This document shows positions 60,910 to 64,000 of a stretch of 64,000 nucleotides of DNA, piece by piece (within the stretch, counting starts at the first letter, position 1; each line of letters opens with the position of its first letter). The stretch is from the NCBI GenBank assembly GCA_964618565.1, contig CAZUBA010000002.1, forward strand, positions 20,029 to 84,028, read 5' to 3'. The notes under the pieces are model-generated. The model worked only from the letters and a program-made list of their open reading frames with translations. It searched no databases and was not told the DNA's origin. A program made the position numbers and the translations under genes. This stretch comes from an uncultured Candidatus Peribacteria bacterium (GTDB taxonomy: Bacteria; Patescibacteriota; Gracilibacteria; BD1-5; UBA2023).

Positions 60910-61004
60910 AATGTTTTTTTAAAATAAATAAATATAAATTTGGGGACAAAAAAGAGCCAAAGAACTGTCCCCTGTAAGACAATCCATAAAATGGCTCAAA
61001 AAAA

Positions 61005-61400
61005 TTAATTAAGGTTTTTTATGATTCATAAAAGATTCGAATAGCTGGATTTTTGGAAAAAAATATCTGGCGGTGAATGCGGTCTTGAATTTAAATTAAT
61101 TTCAACTATCGGTTCATCATATTGAAAAGAGGAAAAAGAAACTAGATTAAATGCATTAACTGATTCTAGTTTCAGTTGGTTGCTGCTTATGTACCTATCT
61201 CAGATTATATCCTGATAGCAATCATCATTTTCCTGTTTTTCACCATCTTCAGAAACATCACAAAAAATTGAATCATCCTCATTATGCATTGCGTGCTCTT
61301 TATTTATCGATTCATTTTTCATTTCTGAAGCATGAATAAGCTGCATATTAGATGCAACTAAAAATAGTAACAATGTCAAAAATCAAATAATTCTTTTCAT
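61005..61400 (-). CDS. secreted hypothetical protein (131 aa)
   Basis: Signal-like MKRIIGFLTLLLFLVASN. Lies upstream of the efflux operon. Confidence 0.5.
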
Positions 61401-61817
61401 CAGATTAAGTTAATGATTTACCTGGGGGGTAGGTTATCCTATTATTGTAGAATGTCAAATTTATGTTTGAAAATAATTAGTGAAGATTATTAAATTTTTA
61501 CAAAAGGCTGAAAAGTATGGGTAGTTTGAAACTGAAATTTTATCAATGAAGCATATATGATAAGAAATAAAAAAAACCGCAAGAGTTCTGCTCTTAAACA
61601 ATAAATACGAAATATCAAATCCTGAATTATCATGAGATTTAGCTTTGCTTGATATAGTGATAAATAAGAACCTGATATTCCTAAGGAAAGATAATTCATT
61701 TAAATGCAGCATAAAGAAATAATCAATTCTGCATATATGAACATCTTCAAATAAATATATGCTGATATTACTGCTTTGAATTTTTTTAAATAGCTATTCC
61801 TAAAATATGAAAATAAC

Positions 61818-61848
61818 AAAACCCCCTCGTTAAAAACGAGGGGGTTAA
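61818..61848. terminator. GC-rich hairpin (terminator-like)
   Basis: Stem ccccctcg/cgaggggg with loop ttaaaaa. Confidence 0.5.
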
Positions 61849-61908
61849 TTCATAATCGCATAATCGATAACATGATGTTACGATAAGGAAAGGAAAATAT
61901 TGCATAAA

Positions 61909-62043
61909 ATGATGGAGCTCGCGACTTTTGAGGCTCTAAAGACAGTTTATTCATATCTGGAAAGATACTTTCTTACATGAAAACACAAAGAATATGAAGT
62001 TTACCTTGAAAGGATAAAAAATTCTAATATAAAAATAATTTAA
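61909..62043 (+). CDS. small ORF (44 aa), hypothetical
   Basis: aaggaaagga lies upstream. One TGA. Followed by the hairpin at 62061-62095. Confidence 0.3.
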
Positions 62044-62060
62044 TCAGGACAGAAATTTCA

Positions 62061-62095
62061 AAGATAAACTATCCTTACGGACAGTTTATCTTTTT
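62061..62095 (+). terminator. rho-independent terminator
   Basis: 10-bp stem aagataaact/agtttatctt followed by TTTTT. Confidence 0.55.
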
Positions 62096-62136
62096 AAGAT
62101 TTTTTTATTGATAAAGATGCAATGAAATAAGCGGAT

Positions 62137-63438
62137 CTATGGAAAAATCCTTTTCGGATCTCTAGGCATGAGAATCATTTCTTTGATTGTCTCAAATCAT
62201 AGCATCTGCTTGAATAATCTGGCAAATCAGAATCAGAATCATCCGTGTGGAGGTATTCAATGCTTAAAGGCTTCAAGATAATGACGGAATCATTCGACTC
62301 ACATTCATTTTTCAATGATTTTGCTTCTGAGAATATCATGTCGATGCTCTCTTTGTGCTCAAGAAGTTATCTCAAGTCATTTATAAACAAGATCGAATCA
62401 TGTGGAATACGGGCTTTCCCCATCTTTTGACATAGTATAGAATGCTCTGACGGATGAGGGATACTCTGTAATGTACAAGAAATCATGCCCATATTCCTTC
62501 TTTGCATATTCCGCAAGTTTCTTTTCTCACTCAGAGCTCATATCTTCCCCTTCTCAAATCAATATTGAGAATTCTTTCTCCAATATTTCTACGCACTCTC
62601 TGAATTTCATTGTAGGAAATGGCAGAGTTGGCACTTCTATTTCCAATCAATATAGTTCTCTGACTTTTTCTCCAAATTCCTCCTTTATGGCAGCAATTGT
62701 GTAAACGAGCATTTCAGATTCTAGTTCCAGAATCTCATGATAAGAGCTTATCGGTCACATCTCAATATCAAGCATAGTTATCTCTGTCACATGCCGAGAG
62801 GTGAAGGAGGGATCAGCCCTGAAGGCAGGTGCTACTTCCAATACCTTTTCAAATCATGCGGCGATTGCCATTTGTTTGTAGATTTGAGGAGATTGGGCAA
62901 GATAGGCTTTTTTATCGAAATATTCCATTTCAAACAGTTCAGCTCATCATTCCGAAGAAGTTCAAATGATTTTCGGAGTGTGTATTTCCATGAATCATCT
63001 TTTATGGAAGAATTCCCTTACTTTAAGATCAAAGCATGACATCATTTCAAATGCAAGCATAATCTTTGGTTCTCGCAGGCTTAAGTGCCTATGGTCAAGC
63101 CGTTCTGAAATAGATGGGTATCATTCTCATTTCCAAGAAATCGGGAGCTCTTCCTGTGCATATGAAAGCACTTCAATGTGTTCTGCGATAAGTTCCATTG
63201 AATGTAATTTTATCTCTTCCTTATATTGCATTACTCAAGTGACTTCAATGAAAGATTCCAATCTGAATTCAATTTTCTCAAATTTCTCCTTTTCTATGAA
63301 GATTTGTATGAATTCTGTCTTCTGCCTCAATATCAGGAATATGTATTTCTTATGTTCGCGGATGATATCTATAAATCATGATATCATGACTTCTCAACTA
63401 GTTTTTGAAGAGATTATTTCTCTTATGGTTGTTTTCAT
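62137..63438 (-). CDS. aspS: aspartyl-tRNA synthetase, archaeal/eukaryal type (class IIb)
   Basis: 433 aa. Motifs FRADPSFTSRHVTEITMLDIE (motif 2) and PPHGGFGFGFARL (motif 3). Frame checked. Confidence 0.85.
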
Positions 63439-63792
63439 AAATTTAAATATTAAGAAATGAAATTAAATTCTATAAACATCCGTTTATGATAATGAATCTA
63501 TTTATCCGCAAGCGGATTATTCAGATGCCAGAATTTATATTGCATCCTGAGAAATATCTTCAGATCGATTTTCTTCATAAGGTTTTGAAGTTAAAATTAT
63601 TTAAAAAAATCCCCGCTTTTTCAATTAGCAGGGATTTTCAATTTGTATTGAAAAAGAGCCACTAATTGTTTAGCAGGGAATTATTATTATTTGATGTAGA
63701 AAAAGCTTTAAACATTTTTCAAAAGTTATATAAGTACGGATAGGATAGCGAAATTTATTTTTTTGTCAAAAAAATCTGCCAGAAGATAAAAT

Positions 63793-64000
63793 TTATTTTA
63801 ACAGGATCTTAATCGCTTCTTTTATCTTAATCTCAAATCCTTCATCTATATTCAAAACCATTTGGCCATGACGATCTGATTCTTCAATAAAATATTTTCC
63901 ATATTCACATATCATATCTGCAATTTTCCGATAAGTCTCGTCATTGAGAGTTTTTGCGATTATCCAGTCATTCGGAGTAGAGCTATTTTTGATATTTCGG
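63793..64000 (-). CDS. hypothetical protein, C-terminal part only (N-terminus beyond window)
   Basis: Open frame from the window edge to TAA 63795-63793. Confidence 0.45.
   Translation of the reverse strand, partial: RNIKNSSTPNDWIIAKTLNDETYRKIADMICEYGKYFIEESDRHGQMVLNIDEGFEIKIKEAIKILLK

Noticed and set aside
61440-61800. An 83-aa TGA-free minus-strand ORF (61461..61712) in the AT-rich spacer upstream of the efflux operon.
   Set aside because: The translation is low complexity, there are no translation signals, and two overlapping frames are equally open. It is most likely a chance ORF in AT-rich intergenic DNA.
1-64000. TGA = Trp (table 4, Mycoplasma-type) as the alternative recoding.
   Set aside because: TGA coincides with invariant glycines in P-loops (GxxGxGKT), IF3 GEQLG, L20 and GH3/ThrC motifs. 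Trp is encoded by ordinary TGG throughout.
1-64000. CRISPR arrays, IS elements or transposases, integrases, reverse transcriptase/DGR, prophage structural genes and rRNA.
   Set aside because: No regularly spaced repeats were seen. None of the table-25 translations showed the corresponding catalytic motifs. Absence is by eye only and should be confirmed computationally.

Overview
This is a low-GC, gene-dense bacterial segment that cannot be read in the standard code. The supplied ORF track is shredded because TGA is a sense codon. I re-translated by hand with TGA = Gly (translation table 25, as in Gracilibacteria/Absconditabacteria-type CPR bacteria). The fragments then fuse into about 55 tightly packed CDS that all end in TAA or TAG. 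I checked most long frames triplet by triplet for in-frame TAA/TAG.

Recognisable genes:
- rpsT-infC-rpmI-rplT, rlmN, recF, gatC, thrC, archaeal-type aspS and one tRNA-Cys.
- An HrpA-like DEAH helicase and a beta-CASP/MBL RNase.
- An M23 peptidase with SLH-like repeats and an Ig-like surface protein.
- HD, YdeN, APH, DUF711 and CYTH enzymes.
- A GH3 glycosidase, an MsbA-like ABC exporter, a PAS histidine kinase and a PlsC-like acyltransferase.
- A Cus/Czc-type RND metal-efflux operon.

Most notable features:
1. Four short GC-rich islands contain no TGA codon and so read the same in either code. They look recently imported from standard-code donors. One keeps a fossil TGA stop followed directly by its terminator.
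2. Two of these islands are each followed by a promoter of identical geometry driving paralogous 150-codon proteins of unknown function. This is a repeated two-gene cassette.
3. A single 1244-codon ORF carries two MutS-type ATPase modules.
4. A 798-aa protein has a caspase-like His/Cys arrangement.
5. Direct repeats of the tRNA-Cys 3' end bracket a 4.3 kb segment.

I saw no CRISPR array, transposase, integrase, reverse transcriptase or rRNA. All coordinates and translations were derived by hand. Functional calls rest on motifs I recognise, not on database searches.
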